Positions 42,345 through 57,380 are shown, numbered from the stretch's first letter. The stretch is DNA of 64,000 nt from Eledone cirrhosa (GCA_964016885.1 OZ024741.1:83204001-83268000), one strand, 5' to 3'. Notes: generated by a model not told the origin, from the letters alone. Program-made: numbers and translations.

Positions 42345-42826
42345 TTGTTGTGAAAGAGTCATTTCTCAATCTTGGCGCAAAACCAATTTTTTATCCACAT
42401 GACCTCTACCGACCAATCAAAATTGTTTTGACCATAATCTTTGCTGGAGCCACTTTTCTAACATTTTAACATAAAAACAGTCTTGGCGCAAAATCAACTT
42501 TTTACATTCACATGACCTCTACCGACCAATCAAAATTGTTTTGACCACAAGCATTTTTACAACACAAAAATAACGCTGGAGCCATTTTTTTAACATAAAA
42601 ACAGGTAGAATTCCCAAAACTAATCAGATCAGAGCAAACAGCACGGACACTCTATCTCAAAATTATTTTTGAAAAGCATTTAGAAATGCGCAACCGGTAA
42701 AAACTTAAAAACTTAAAACCACAACTGAATACTAACCCATACAATCACTAATACTCTTTTATTCCTAATTAAACCATTTTTCAACTGTGAACAATTTGTC
42801 AGCATTTTCTATTCCGTTTACCAATA
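37457..42826 (-). mobile_element. Young Neptune-type PLE with 1.4 kb inverted terminal duplication (element E)
   Basis: Arms 37490-38916 and 41392-42826 differ mostly in microsatellite lengths; tail 37457-37489 on the left only; (TA)n flanks. Confidence 0.92.
38657..41391 (-). CDS. PLE RT + GIY-YIG endonuclease, uninterrupted but 5'-truncated at the inversion junction
   Basis: SKGLKFTPTP, EADKG, LRPII, FDVVNLYSNIP, GTAMGT..APTYANL, RYLDD, FLD, CDRPNCGIC, CASENLIYVLTCSGCREQYIGQT..R..H. Confidence 0.9.
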
Positions 42827-43855
42827 TATATATATATATATATATATAATTATATCTGTATATATACATGTGTATGTGAATGTATGTTTGTGAATCCACA
42901 GGAATAGTCAATATTAATTTTGATATAATTATAATTCAAACTGTGTTAAAATGTTTCTGTATTTATAGCCTTCCGGGAAATGTTTATCTATTAGAGCAAA
43001 TAATGTTTTCCTACGTTGTTTTTAATATTTAGGTAGAAAGGGTGTGTGAAATATATAAATCCAACTTCACGTTTCATTGGTAAAAACCACTTCCTAGACC
43101 ACAGGAACACCTTCAAATATTCGGGAAATAGTTCAAACACTGAAGCAGTAAACTATGTGCGGACACCTAAAGATATTTGTGCTACTTTATTTCACGTTGC
43201 TCCAGTTCAGTTAGCTGTAAAAATAAGTTGTATAGTCACTGGTGTAAATCTGTATCACCCGTTTCCTTTAACTTGGACATTGGCTGCATGAAAATGCAGA
43301 TTAACATATGTGGGTGGGCGATTGCTGTTCATCCACAAACACACCTTGCCCAGGCTTTTGCCCTGTGTAGAGAGAGATCATGAGGGAAATAAAGTGAGAA
43401 ATCTTATATGGAGATGAATTATAATTAAGGCATAGAAATAAAAATACCTGTAATTTAGTAACGTTGTTTATGAATATCGACAAAAGGACCGACGGAGAAT
43501 ACCTCTTCTGTATATTAAATCCACATACTAAAATGTGCAATATAATGACCACACATAGTGATGTAATATAATGACCATGTTTGTGATTTGCTTCGCTACT
43601 CCTAAGTTACATTCGATACACACACACATACAATAAATATTAATCCTTCAATTGTGAAATTGGTGTATTTATGTCATTTATGAATTTCTGTATAAATACT
43701 CTAGGAATTATATTCATTTTACCAACGGTTGATCAGCATTTAAATACTATGATAAGCGATTGATCTGTCGATTCCAAGTTACGCAAATTCTACTAACGGA
43801 AACCAGTTTCTACTATAACCCCCCCTCTCTCACTCTTTCCTTCTCTCTGTACACC

Positions 43856-43902
<47 letters not shown>

Positions 43903-43905
<3 letters not shown>

Positions 43906-44430
43906 TAAGGTATTATGGGTTGAATCGGAGGTAACCACAGTAAGTAAGGTACTCAATACATAGCAGAGTATAACAGTTTTAATATAGATGAGATTCTACA
44001 GGACTAGAACTGTTTCATTATTTAGACATCATCAGGAATCTGGCTTTCCAAAATAAATGTTGTGGTATTTATATCTTTTCAGGTGGTAGGAGAGAGTGGG
44101 GAGTCAGATGGGTGGAGGTCATTGGTTGAAAGAAAAGGGAATTCATTAAAATCTAATTCTTTAAGGCTATAATTTATATTTAGCGTGACAAATGCAGATT
44201 GGGGAGCCACTCCTTATTTTTAAGTTTCTCTTAGGCTAACAATGCCTATATTTCAGGTGTCTATAAGATGGTTCGGGGTTGATGGATTTAAAGAAAAGGG
44301 AAATTCTTTAAAAGCTAATTCTTTAAAGCTCTACTTAGACTGACAAAGGTCAAGAGAATCCTATAAACCAGTTCAAAATATTGGGTGCCTATCATATCAT
44401 TATTGACATGTTTCTCTTAAGCTAAATTCC
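43903..44430 (-). mobile_element. PLE-like 3' end with HHR (element J)
   Basis: (TA)n-abutting tail resembling tail A; HHR at 43991-44041; right boundary uncertain. Confidence 0.55.
43991..44041 (-). ncRNA. Type I HHR with eroded stem II
   Basis: agattc-CTGATGA-tgtctaaataat-GAAAC-ag(ttctagtc)ct-GTA-gaatct. Confidence 0.7.
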
Positions 44431-44468
44431 AGGTGTCAAGAGACACATCACATACACACGCACACACA

Positions 44469-44616
<148 letters not shown>

Positions 44617-44854
44617 TACACATATACATATCTATACATACAGTATTTACGTATCGAGAGAGAGAAAAAAAGGTAGGATAGGTGATACATATAGTTATTT
44701 GACAAGTAGCGTATACCAAAGTTGCTCGATACTAGTGCCGGCAGTATTAAATATTCGAAGTGTTAATATTTAGTGGGCTAGAGAGTTAGCAGAGCGTAAG
44801 CACGTGGAAAAGTAAGAAATCGGAGAATAGACTGTTAAAACATGTTTATTTAAA

Positions 44855-44897
44855 ACAGCACCTACTAGTTTCAAGCTTATTAGCTATCGTCAGCTAG
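44855..44897 (-). ncRNA. Minimal HHR core lacking a pairing stem I (element K)
   Basis: CTGACGA-t-agct(tatt-type loop)agct-t-GAAAC-ta-GTA; palindrome ACTAGT. Confidence 0.5.
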
Positions 44898-45654
44898 AAG
44901 ACGAATCAAATGGAATACGACGGACATCTTCGGATGTTACCCCACTCACTCAATGGTCAGCTAAGTTCAATTTATTAAAATTAAAACCCAGCTGGCCAGA
45001 ATGCATACTTTCGTTAAACAGTGGGGAAGACGACTTCGTGTGGGTAAGATGGCAAGGTACCTGGACTCCTATAACAGTTTTGCCGATCCCAAACTGTTGA
45101 TCGTTCAACGAAAGGTGTAGCCTTGTGCAGAATATTAGGTACTGATAGTACATAATACGTAAATTAGGCTTAGGGCCGTTTCACACGTGGGAGTTTGCTT
45201 CCCTATTAAGGAAAGACAAAAATTGCTTGCTAGGGCTTGTAGTTGCTTGTAGCAAGTGAAGGTAGCAGTAGACCATGTACTGATGCGTGCCGTCACATCA
45301 AAGAGGAGGAAAATCAGGTCAGACCAATTACAGTGGATCATATTGGCAAAAAGATCATATTGCGAAAATAGGATTATTGCCAAAATCACTTCCGGTATGC
45401 TTTCAAAGAGAAAACAAATACAGTACAGCAAACAATAAAACATAAATCGAACTAGGTAAAAATAGTGAGACAGTTTCAACATAGAAATTAATTGCAGTAT
45501 AGTTCACCGGTGGTTAAAATAATTAGGAGACGAAGCAAATCTAATAGAGCGGACATAGCTTCGGTCGTTTCTCCACTATCTCAATGGACAAAAAAGTTCA
45601 AATTATTAAAATTCGAACCCAGCTGGATATATCTTCTTCCTCTAGCTTTTCTTC

Positions 45655-47300
45655 TTCTTTTATCCCACATATCCCTGAGAATGTCATGGGGCCAGTATAC
45701 TCAAACACTTCTTTCAGCGGGTCCTATTAGAAGCAACCGTCTCCAAATTATCCAGCTGGATCACTAATCGAACACAGCAAATCACATGAATGTTATCCAA
45801 CAGTTCTTGCTCGGGATCTACCAGTGGGTCTCCTGTCGGTTGGTTTGCCCATAAAATCTTTCCAGCGATTCTTTCCTGATGCCCGTAGTGTCTGACCTCA
45901 TGCCCGTAGTGTCTGTGATGTGATCTCTGAATTCGGAGAAGTAGCAGATCAAACCGGAGCGACTGTATGATCTCCGAGCTACGAAATCTATCGAGTAGTG
46001 TTACTTCAAAGAAACCCCATTTGGCCGCTTTTATTCGCTGTCGTATTCTTTCGGTCATTACCCAAGATTCCTGACCATAGGAATGGGTTGGCACGGATAA
46101 CGAATTGAAGATAGAATGTTTAGCTTTTCACTCCTCTTCTGATTATGAATGCTGAATTTGCTGCACCATCTCCTGCAAATCTTGCACTCAATTCAGCCTC
46201 CAGCCTCCCATCACTCATCTGCGAGATACTTGAAATTCTCCATCAGCTTCAGTGGAACTCCATTCACATGTAGAGTGCACAGCACAGGGTTCCGTGGGAG
46301 GACGAGTGTCTCTGTTTTTGCAGCACTGAGTTATATTCCAGCCATGCAGCACTCGGTTTCAAACCTATCAAGTAGAAGTCTACAAAATGTCTACAAAACT
46401 CGAGTTAAGTAATGCCATATTGTCTGCAATTTCCAGCTGACTGATGCTACACCCATCGGGTTGTGAAAACAACTCGGCTGCGAATGCCAATCCTTTTCAT
46501 GAACAGGACAGGTATTAGTACGCACTATTTCAATGGTTCGATTTAGCAACCATTTATCCAAACACATATGCACGAGCATTCGTATAGAGATATCAGGACA
46601 GCATGAAAGTGATCAACGGTGCCATACTCCTGTACACCCTTCTACAGCAGATCCAGAGGAACGCGGTTATATGCCTTTTGTCTTCAAAATGTCTACAAAA
46701 CTAGAATGCATCTCTTGGCAATAACCCCACGATGTCCCAAAGACATTTGGGAGGTTGTGATGTGCCAGGGGTGAAAACAGCACTGTTCATCAGCTAACTT
46801 GGACTCAACAATCTCCCTGCAACTCTTTACCAGGCTCTTAGCATAGACTCTACCGAAGAGGCTAAACAAATAATTGGGACAATCTCTCTTTTTATCACTC
46901 TTGATTGCAATTGCTTAGGTGGGTTTCCATAAGTCCAAGCCCTCTGGCATACACGAGTGAGCCAGAGAATAACCTCTCCATTTAAGGCTTTTAACATTTC
47001 GGTTCAGATGCCATTTTAAATGCTGTTGTGACCGTAGCCTTGACAGATAGTCACCGGTCCCAGGTGCAACTCATGTACATCAAAAGGTGATGTTGCCATA
47101 GGGTTTAGGAGATCAGCAAAATATTCTCTCCAGCTTGGGAGAGGAGAATCGCAGACGCGGTCCTGAGAGCAAGTGTAGAAGAGAACCTCTTAATACGAAA
47201 TCGGCGGATGGTCTGCCAGAGCATTTTATTTCCTGATCAGAAGTCGGATTTCAGCTAAAACCCAAAGTCATCCCATGTCTTCACTTTAGACACCTTTACT
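45655..47300 (-). mobile_element. Decayed RTE (Expander-like) LINE
   Basis: YGQESWVMTERIRQRIKAA..TLLDRFRSSEI..LLLLRIQRS..YGH in 45714-46094; upstream boundary approximate. Confidence 0.75.
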
Positions 47301-47566
47301 GTTGCTGCCACGTTACTTTGTGCCTGTTCGTACCGCAAGTACACGAAGGAGGACTTATTTATAAGCCAAGCCTTTTAGGACTCATTCATTGTTCGGGTGG
47401 TATTTTTTTACCTCTTGATTACACCAAGGGATCCTCCTGCCATCTGGCGCCAAAGCAAGACTGTTATCCGCAGCATTTAACAGTTGAAGCAGAAAATGCT
47501 GAGCTAAACACTGTATGTATATACCTCCCCCCTTCTCTCTCTCCCCCTCTCTCTCTCTCTCTCTCT

Positions 47567-47602
<36 letters not shown>

Positions 47603-47613
47603 GTGTGTGTGTA

Positions 47614-47644
<31 letters not shown>

Positions 47645-47651
47645 GTGTGCC

Positions 47652-47768
<117 letters not shown>

Positions 47769-49174
47769 ATACACCGAGCAAAGTGAGTGAGAGACAGATT
47801 ATTGAAATATGGTATGAAGGAAGAGTATATACATTGTGTGGAATTGTAGGCAAATAACATTTAATGATCACTACATTGCTTACTTCACTAATGTGATATT
47901 ACATTTTCAATACTACCGCAATTACTTAGTTTGTGCCCCAAATAGGTGTTGTGGTTTACTGATACTTTACTGGATCGCAAACTACTCTTACACATTTGGT
48001 TTTGGGAAATAATATACGGGAATTATTTCCCCGAAGCTTTAAAAGCTGGATGCACTCAATACAATGTTTCCAACATGCAATTACAATTGCTGTTATGCAT
48101 TCTTTATAGACCTGTTAAAAATGAAACGTCAGAGATCCACAGAGTAATGTGTGCATGTATAATTGTCCGACAAAATAAATAAAAAATAGCAGAATCTCTA
48201 GTAAGATTAGAAACAAATTGAAAGAACGGCAACAATAAAGAAACAACAGTATATATAGCACACAAAAATAAAACTAACAAAAACAACAATAACTACAGAA
48301 ATAAAAACAACAACAATAACAACAGTAATAAAAAGCAACAGAAATAATAATAGCAATTGATTCAATAATAACAATAATAACAGCATCAATAACTTTAGAG
48401 ACACACCAATTGAGTAACAGTAACTAGAAAAACAAAAAAAGTATTATCCAAAATAACTAGAACTATCAAAGCTGAAATAATTACAACACAAACAATAAGA
48501 GCAAAATAAGGGCAACGATAACAACAAAAAAATAACAGTAACAATGACTACAGCACAATACACAAACAGTTACAAAAGCTACAGCAACAATACAAATAAG
48601 AGATATGATATCAAGATGAAAAACAACGAGAATATGCGGAATGAACTGAAGAAAGGATAGATGAATAGCTAAAGCGCTGCTTATTTTTACTACGAATAGC
48701 GAAAACAGTGTACTAATGAGAAAATAATGGGGATTTTCAAGAAGATCCACAACGAATAGGCAATGAATCAGAGAAGAAATTAAATAGATTAAATGAGAGG
48801 AAAAAATAATAAAACAGTAATAGCAATCTCTTAAGAGAGCTTTTGCCTGAAGATAAGAATTAAGAAGAAAACAACTAAAGCTGCTTCATAGAAGCCGAAG
48901 CCTGCAAGGTGTCCAATTACATGTGTCATGGCTGGTCATAGATTATAGACATGAGATGACTGCGAGAGATTTGAGATTTGTTTTAATAAAAATAAAAACA
49001 GATAATTGAAGTGAAAATATCGCAAACGAGAATAAAGATAGAAAAGAATCATATACATAGAACACCATAGCGATAGGGTAAATATGATATAGATATATAT
49101 GTAAACAATTATCGGAATGGGGGAAATGAGTATAGGAATAGGCAAGATCCATAAAAAACCCATAGAAAAACAGT

Positions 49175-49221
<47 letters not shown>

Positions 49222-49346
49222 ATGTAGAAAAGATAACACATCAGCGTGAGACGTTGCTCCATCAGTCAAAGGGCTCGGGATTCTTTCTCCTTTGAGCACA
49301 TTAATGACAGGAAATAGCGAGAGTCTATGGCTACGTTAATTTATCG

Positions 49347-49460
<114 letters not shown>

Positions 49461-50139
49461 ATGTGTGTGTGTGTGTGTTTGTGTGTGTGTTTGTGTTTGC
49501 GTCTATGTATGTGTCTGTATGTCTGTATGTCTGTGTATACATGTGTATACCTGTGTAGTTGTGTGTATCACTGACTGAATCTGTGTTCTCTTGAAGAAAC
49601 ATCTGACGTTCAGAGATGATGATTATTTGGTCTGTGTAAATCTACAATCCAGTTAAATGCATTATTACACATTCTGTACTTAATAAATATTCTCTGTACT
49701 ACATAATGCATTATCGTTTTGTGATCGATTCCAATGACTTTCTTCGCTATGCTTCACATATATATTTTTTTTCGTGTGCCTGTGTGGGCATTGAATGGCT
49801 GCATTTGTGGATCTGTGTGTGTGCGTTGGTATCTGCAAGTCTGTTTCCAATAGATCACTGTATCAGATACAAATAGAATATAATTAAATATCGAAAGTAT
49901 ATCACTGGGTACACATGTATCTGCTCACAAACAAACTGACATACACACATTCTATCACGAAATAAGCTCAAACTCCCATAAACAAACTCCACGTGCGCGC
50001 ATACATATATATGTATATATTAGTGAATCGACAGAGAGCATGGGCGGTTTCGGTCAGCTAACTCTGCTTCATACTATGTATTGACTACTTCACTGATTTG
50101 TAGTCTTCCTGGTCTACAATATATATATATATATATATA

Positions 50140-50625
50140 TCATTCACGAAGATCCAACTTCCACATCGATCTCAAGCTGTGTCACGCCGCCCAGGCTTTG
50201 CTCTTCCTCTCAACCACATCATCTTCCGTATTCCTAATATTTGCTCCCAAATACACGAAGTCCTCAACTAATTTCCTCAACTTCCCGCCTACATTAGTAA
50301 TCCCCTCTGGCTTCTCAACATTCTCTACCAGACATTTTGTCTTAGTCTCATTCAAACGTCACCTCAAAAGTGACACAGAGGAGACTGAGGTTAGCTGGAT
50401 ATGCTCACCGACATCCAGAGCTGACACTGCACTCAGTGCTCCTTTGGGAGCCCCTGCATGGACACACTGGAAGAGGAAGACCAAGATTAACGTATGTTGA
50501 TGCCCTAGGGACAGACACTGGTCTGTTGGAGACGCAGGAATGGCTGCGATAATGAGGGACAGAGACCACTGGAGAGAACTCGCCCATGGATCTCGGGAAT
50601 TTTCCCCGCCCTAGATAGATAGATA
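50140..50625 (+). mobile_element. RTE 3' fragment with 5' inversion; same family as 13871-14470
   Basis: 50140-50320 is the reverse complement of 13871-14045; 50355-50615 is direct to 14214-14470; ends in (TAGA)n. Confidence 0.8.
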
Positions 50626-50688
50626 TATATCCTTGACTGAATCTGTGTTTTCTTGAAGAAATATCTGATTTTCAGAGATGATGGTATA

Positions 50689-50723
<35 letters not shown>

Positions 50724-52349
50724 GCAAAGTTCTATTTAAAATTGTTGGGATACAACAAGTAAATATTTTTATAACTGTGAAGCACTCGACAAGTATTTGG
50801 AGTAGATATACGATATTAATAAATGGAAACTATATTTATAAAACCATATTTATTTCATTATACATATTTCAGGGTTACCAAATTAAATTATGGTATGCCT
50901 TCATCAGACAAAATACAATATATAACAGTTTTACAAATAAGCTTTGACGTACCCTATTAAAATGCAACCATTATTTTTGGAAGTCATCCAGATAGTGAAT
51001 TGTATAATACATCATAAATTTTTCATATATCGTAAGCTGATTAATGCGATGATGATTTTAGTGCTATCAATATTTACTTTTTCTTATAATTTCTATGTTT
51101 TTCTTTCAACTGTCATTCTTGTGTTAGAGCTAGATTTATCATTTAACCACCGTTTCTCCAATTTACATCAGTTGTTTAATGGCCGGAATTTAGTATCGGT
51201 CTTTTGTTGTTGTCGTTGTTGTGGTGTTCATGCCGCCTGTAAATTCTTGAATAATGTTAAAATCACAGGTTATTACTTTTGAGCGACCTCACATCATCAC
51301 TACACTCTCCTGTAAGGTGAAATCCTATTACGACAGATCTGCTTGCTCGTAAAATGTACGTGTAATTGACTGAGCATTCCATAGGCACATGTACCTATGA
51401 CACAACTGCCAGGAAGAATCAGCGTGACGGTGAGAAAACGCTTCCCCAATTGGATTACTCCTAGAGTTTTTCCAGCAGGTTCAAAATAATTTGCGTCTAT
51501 GTAATTTCACTCATAAAGTTTGTAAATGCTACTTGCCCAACAAGGGATCGAAAGAGCGAGCTTGGTGCAATTTTCCCATGTTCTGAATGCAAGGCTGTTT
51601 TAATCATAGAAAAAGCAGCAGCTTTTTTATTCAAACTGAATTTGGATTAGACAAATCATAGTTTTGAATTAGTTCTTTTGTTGTGGCGTACATTTTTGGA
51701 ATGAGTGGTATGATGTCCACCTAAAATTCATCACTTTACCTTGTAGAAAATCACCTGCTGTTTGTATAATTATTTACACTGCAATTTGATTTTCGACTCT
51801 GTAAATGTTTCACATTGAAGTAATCAGAATAAAACATTGTCAATTTGTTTGGCCAATGCCATAATCTAATTACAATTTTTGGTTTTGTTCTTAGAACATG
51901 TACACTCACACGTTCTTACATGCATCCCAAAAAATTACCTCGGTCAAACATTGTACATATGTACATAAATATAAAACATCAAATTTGCTTACCGGACACT
52001 TATACACACACAACACCGCAACACCTACACACACACACGCACCCACACTTACATACACATACACATATCCACATAAATATACAATATGAAATTGAAACTA
52101 ATCAGCCCACCTACACAGACGAAAATAAGATACATTTTCGCCTGATTTCAAGTTCCAGCAGAGAGGAATGCAGCCCTATCTTAATGAGAGAGAGCGGGTC
52201 GAAATGGGTATAGACAGATGCTGTTCACTGCCCCTGCAGGAACCCTGCTGGGCATTAGGCTTTCAATATTCATGGCTGGGCTTTCAAAGTATTTATTTCT
52301 TAAACATACCGTATATCTTTAGTTATATGAAAAACGCATATACATACAA

Positions 52350-52512
<163 letters not shown>

Positions 52513-52586
52513 TACTGAATATGTGAGTAGTGGCCGGAGCAGCCTCAAATAAATTACGTGAACTTAGTAAAAAGTATATATATGTA

Positions 52587-52633
<47 letters not shown>

Positions 52634-52759
52634 CCTAATAATATATATATATATATAGATAAATATATATATATAATATTAGGCAATATATATATATATA
52701 TATATATATACACGTGTATATGAACATGTAGAGCAATTGTGTATTATTAGTACTTATAA

Positions 52760-52821
<62 letters not shown>

Positions 52822-52822
52822 T

Positions 52823-52854
<32 letters not shown>

Positions 52855-52971
52855 TAACAGATTAAAGTTTAAGCAAAGAATCGATACTTATCGAGCCCTC
52901 TTTGAATTTTAGTCTTCTAATTTATTATTATTACTATTATTATAATTATAATTATTATAATATTATTATTA

Positions 52972-53082
52972 TTCAAATCCCATCGAGGTTAACTTTGCCT
53001 TTCATCCTTTTGGGGTCGATAAATTAAAGTACCAGTAATGTAATGGATTATTGCTGGCGTTGTGCCAAAAGTAGAAACAATT
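52972..53082 (+). mobile_element. SINE fragment (Octopus-type); relatives at 54185-54265 (+), 60892-61000 (-), 21185-21290 (-)
   Basis: ttcaaat..cgaggttaactttgcctttcatcctt..ggggtcgataaa..aagtaccagt repeated within the window. Confidence 0.7.
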
Positions 53083-53099
53083 ACTATTATTATTATTAT

Positions 53100-53161
<62 letters not shown>

Positions 53162-55386
53162 TTTTTACTAAGTTCACGTAATTTATTTGAGGCTGCTCCG
53201 GCCACTACTCACATATTCAGTAAGATAATAGGCTTGCAAGTACGTAAACACAACCTATCAATTCAGAATGTACACAATAGTTAATGCGTAATTAAGATGA
53301 CAATGTTATGGTAATGATACTTCAAAATAAATTCCTGGACTAATCCCGTCTCTGCACATCATTCTGTGTATAATAGTAGTCATTAACAGTATTATACGCA
53401 CAGATTTTCCCAGTATCAGCAAATATTATGGAATGTGGCTACACTGCATCTTCAACACGATTGTCTTTCCCAGCATTTTGGATTTTGAAGTGATCACCAC
53501 TACACAGAACTCTAGGTTCACCGATTCTAGCAGTTCAATACGGCCATGACACGTTACCTCTAACAAAGAGGTAAACTGCTGTTGAGACAAAAATTACGTT
53601 TTGGTGTGTTGAATTAAGAAACTGTCTCTCCGCCAAACAAATCTAATCAACCAGTTCAAACATGTATAAACACAAGAGCCATTTTGCAATAGAAATTCGA
53701 ACAACCAATATAGAATAGAAATTTTCTATTTATACAGGAATCAAGTCAGCCAAACTGAGAGTAAAAACATGCAATTTACGAAAGTCAACGAATTTATTTT
53801 AGCGAACTCCAGCCACTACTGCCTCACTAACTTATTGAGATATAATAGACTTTCAAGTAAGAAAATGCAAACTATCAATTCTGAGTGTGCATATTAGTCT
53901 ATTAGTAAGTACGATGGCAGTCTTTTGGTAATGATACTTCAGTATCAATTTCCAGGACAGATCTCTTTTCTGCGCAACATTCTTTCTATAACAGTTATTA
54001 TTAAAAGTGTTATCTCGATCAACTGGAGATAGTTGTCAAACCCCCATTGAATCAAACAAAAAGTAAATGAATAAAAATAACAAATTATACAATGTGTTTC
54101 CACAAATACAGAATACAGAAGATACATGGCTTTCATTAGCTTTGATGGGGTGGAGGAATTGCAGAATAAGTAATCTATAGATAGAATCCTTGGCGGTATT
54201 CGTTCTGATATTTTATGTTCTCAGTTCAAATTAAGCCAAGGTCAATTCTGTCTTTCATCCAATAAAAACCCATCGATTTGTATTAAAAGAATAAAAGAAT
54301 GCTAACAATTAATAGTTTCATCTTATTGGCATGGGTCATCCAGTCATATTGGCTTTTGCTTTTGATACTTTCATAAGAAACTCTATCTATTTCGAGTTCA
54401 TCTCAGTTTGATATCGAATTTTTGTCGTTCTTTCTTCCATTTTTTAAAAAAATATCATCAGTCACCCATATTTTATTCATTTTCTTTTCTTCTTCCATGC
54501 AGTGATTTCTTCAGTAATGATGGCGACCTTGACTTTCTTCATATATGTGGAATTTATTATGTTTTGTTTTAGATTTTATTTTCGTTACGTAAATATACAT
54601 ATTTGCCCGCCATTCCAATATGTTTATGTTTGTTTTCTGATTATTTCAATTTGTGATAGCTTTAAAACTGCGTGATTCAAAATAAAGGCATATATAATCC
54701 AATATACAATAAGCATTATTAAGCCTAACTTTTGAATTTTAACCTGCAATTATATCACAGCTACCCAGTAACAGTGTAGAGGCGCTGTATACATGTATTT
54801 CAGAAATTTCGATATGCCATATTCAGGACTTATTCAGAGAAACCTAAACTTGAAGGGCAATAAAGTCTTAAACATTTTGTTAACAAACAATTATTTTGAT
54901 GTGGTATTGACGTAAGATTTTGGCTTGACTTTCTGGCGGTAAAATCATCAAAGGCAATTGAAAATGAAGATGTAGATGGACACATATACAATATGTTTAT
55001 GTATAATAAACGTACATATAATCCCACTATGGTTGACAGCTATCTCAGTATGGTTGCTAGAAAGATGGGCAAATAAATGTATTCTGGAATTTGTCATTAC
55101 TAGACGCGTAATTAACTGCGATATTATACGCATACAGAAGTTGGTATATCAAAATCAAAATTCATAATAAGCCCGAGTCGATATGTATGAAACAACTATT
55201 GGATATTTGTCTGTATACGACTTTTGTATAGGTTGAATGGTGTAGAATCTACACTGTAGATGTATACACACATATTTTGTGGGTTGTAAAATGTAAACTT
55301 TCCCATCATAATTTTACACAATGACATTTAGTCAGACGTAGTTTGTCTCTAGATCATGGTAACAAATGATAATTATCAAATCATTA

Positions 55387-55560
55387 TAAATGCCTGCATC
55401 ACATTGATCTACATTGATTTCGTTATATTAGTTTCAAAAGCAGTGCATATAGTGATACATCTGCAACTGATTATAATCCGTTGCAAATTTATCACTATAT
55501 GCACTGCTTTTGAAACTAATATAACGAAATCAATGTAGATCAATGTGATGCAGGCATTTA
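55387..55560. repeat. Near-perfect hairpin, arms about 80 bp
   Basis: taaatgcctgcatcac..atagtgata / tatcactat..gtgatgcaggcattta. Confidence 0.9.
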
Positions 55561-55695
55561 CTATTCGTGTGTGAAAGCTATGATACAGGGGGCTATAGCA
55601 AACATATATATATATATATATATATAAAATATTAAAATATACATTGAGTTCTTCATACGGATTGGACACTACCGTAAACTCTTGGTAGATTTATC

Positions 55696-55734
<39 letters not shown>

Positions 55735-55736
<2 letters not shown>

Positions 55737-57323
55737 ATAATAATAAATTTGAAGACTAAAATCCAAAGAAGGCTCGATAAGGATAAATATATATAAAATG
55801 TATAAGAACCGTAGAGCAAATATTTATTAAAATAACAGATTAAAGTTTAAGCAAAGAATCGCTGCTTTCACCCTTAACGGGATCTTCAGAAACTAACAAA
55901 GTCAATCTGTAAACGCAGAACTGGATATTTAAAAAAATGTTGCAACCGGAGGAAGACAGGAAGACGATACTTTGGTTCGTGGAAACGTTCGCTGGCAAAG
56001 AACGGGAAAAAACGAATATAATACGTCATTAATAGGAGCGGTGAAAACCAATTACGCGCAAAGACAGAACCACGTTTATGGTATAAAAGAGGTTGTAGAC
56101 TAATGTTCTCTTAGGTGGTGCATAGAGACGTTCTCTGGCAATGAACGAGAAAAACGAAGATAATACGTCATATATGGAGCGTGGAGAACAATAGCACGCA
56201 AAGACAAAACCACGTAAATGGTATAGCAGAAGTCGTAGACTAAAATTTCGGCTTGTAAACATAAATTGCACAAAACTTTCCTGTATTACAGCCCCACGTT
56301 ATACCCTAACGGATAGTACGATCTATACGTGGATATTTTACGACTTGATGTGGGAGCTAAGTATATGTTTTGTTTATACCTTTACTTATTTGCATAGGTA
56401 AGTATATATTACCCGTATGGTTTGTGAAGGTACGTATACTTTCTTGTACGTATATTTGATTGTTATGGCGTATCATTTTATATATTCTGGTACATATGGT
56501 TTGGCTATGTGTATACGGGAGTTTTGTGTCTGTGTGAGTATGTTGGTTCGTACGTATGTAGGGTGTGTGTATATGTGTACTTCATGTTTTGGTTGACTTA
56601 CGTCTCCGAACATTCGTGTATTTACATGTAGGCATGTATGTGAGCTTGTTATATACGTATTCATTTATTTATATACATTTATATACGTTTATATAATGAT
56701 TTATTTATTTGTATACACGCATACACACACACACATATTTATATGTGCGTGGTTTTGTATACCTATGGTAAGTTTTTGCGTATGCTTGTGTATGTACGTA
56801 TTTGTTTGCGTGTATGTATTTATTTATTTCTATTACTTCTGTATTGTATTTATTTACTTTGTTCTTAACTCTGTAGCGGAGATTCATTCGGTCTCCTTGT
56901 TAGAATTTTAGTCTACGACTTCTGCTATACCATTTACGTGGTTTTGTCTTTGCGTGCTATTGTTCTCCACGCTCCACATATGACGTATTATCTTCGTTTT
57001 TCTCGTTCATTGCCAGAGAACGTCTCTCTGCACCACCTAAGAGAACAATAGTCTACGACCTCTTTTATACCATAAACGTGGTTCTGTCTTTGTGCGTAAT
57101 TGGTTTTCACCGCTCCTATTAATGACGTATTATATTCGTTTTTTCCCGTTCTTTGCCAGCGAACGTTTCCACGAACCAAAGTATCGTCTTCCTGTCTTCC
57201 TCCGGTTGCAACGTTTTTTGAAATATCCAGTTCTGCGTTCACAGATTGAATTTGTTAGTTTCAGAAGATCTAGTTAAGGGTGAAAGCAGCGATTCTTTGC
57301 TTAAACTTTAATCTGTTATTTTA

Positions 57324-57330
<7 letters not shown>
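55735..57330 (-). mobile_element. Non-coding fold-back element G
   Basis: Tail 55735-55821; arms 55822-56247 and 56903-57330; each arm has an internal ~145 bp direct duplication; mini copy at 52848-52927. Confidence 0.82.
55835..55910 (-). ncRNA. Type I HHR (plus-strand copy at 57241-57317 has CAGAAGA)
   Basis: agttt-CTGAAGA-tccc(gttaa)gggt-GAAA-gca(..)tgc-TT-aaact; distal pairing acagatt/aatctgt. Confidence 0.7.

Positions 57331-57380
<50 letters not shown>

Noticed and set aside
48200-48900. AAC/AAT-rich tract as coding sequence
   Set aside because: Degenerate trinucleotide repeat
53230-55380. Host exon or Harbinger/THAP remnant
   Set aside because: Only short stop-ridden resemblances; no convincing ORF or splice pair
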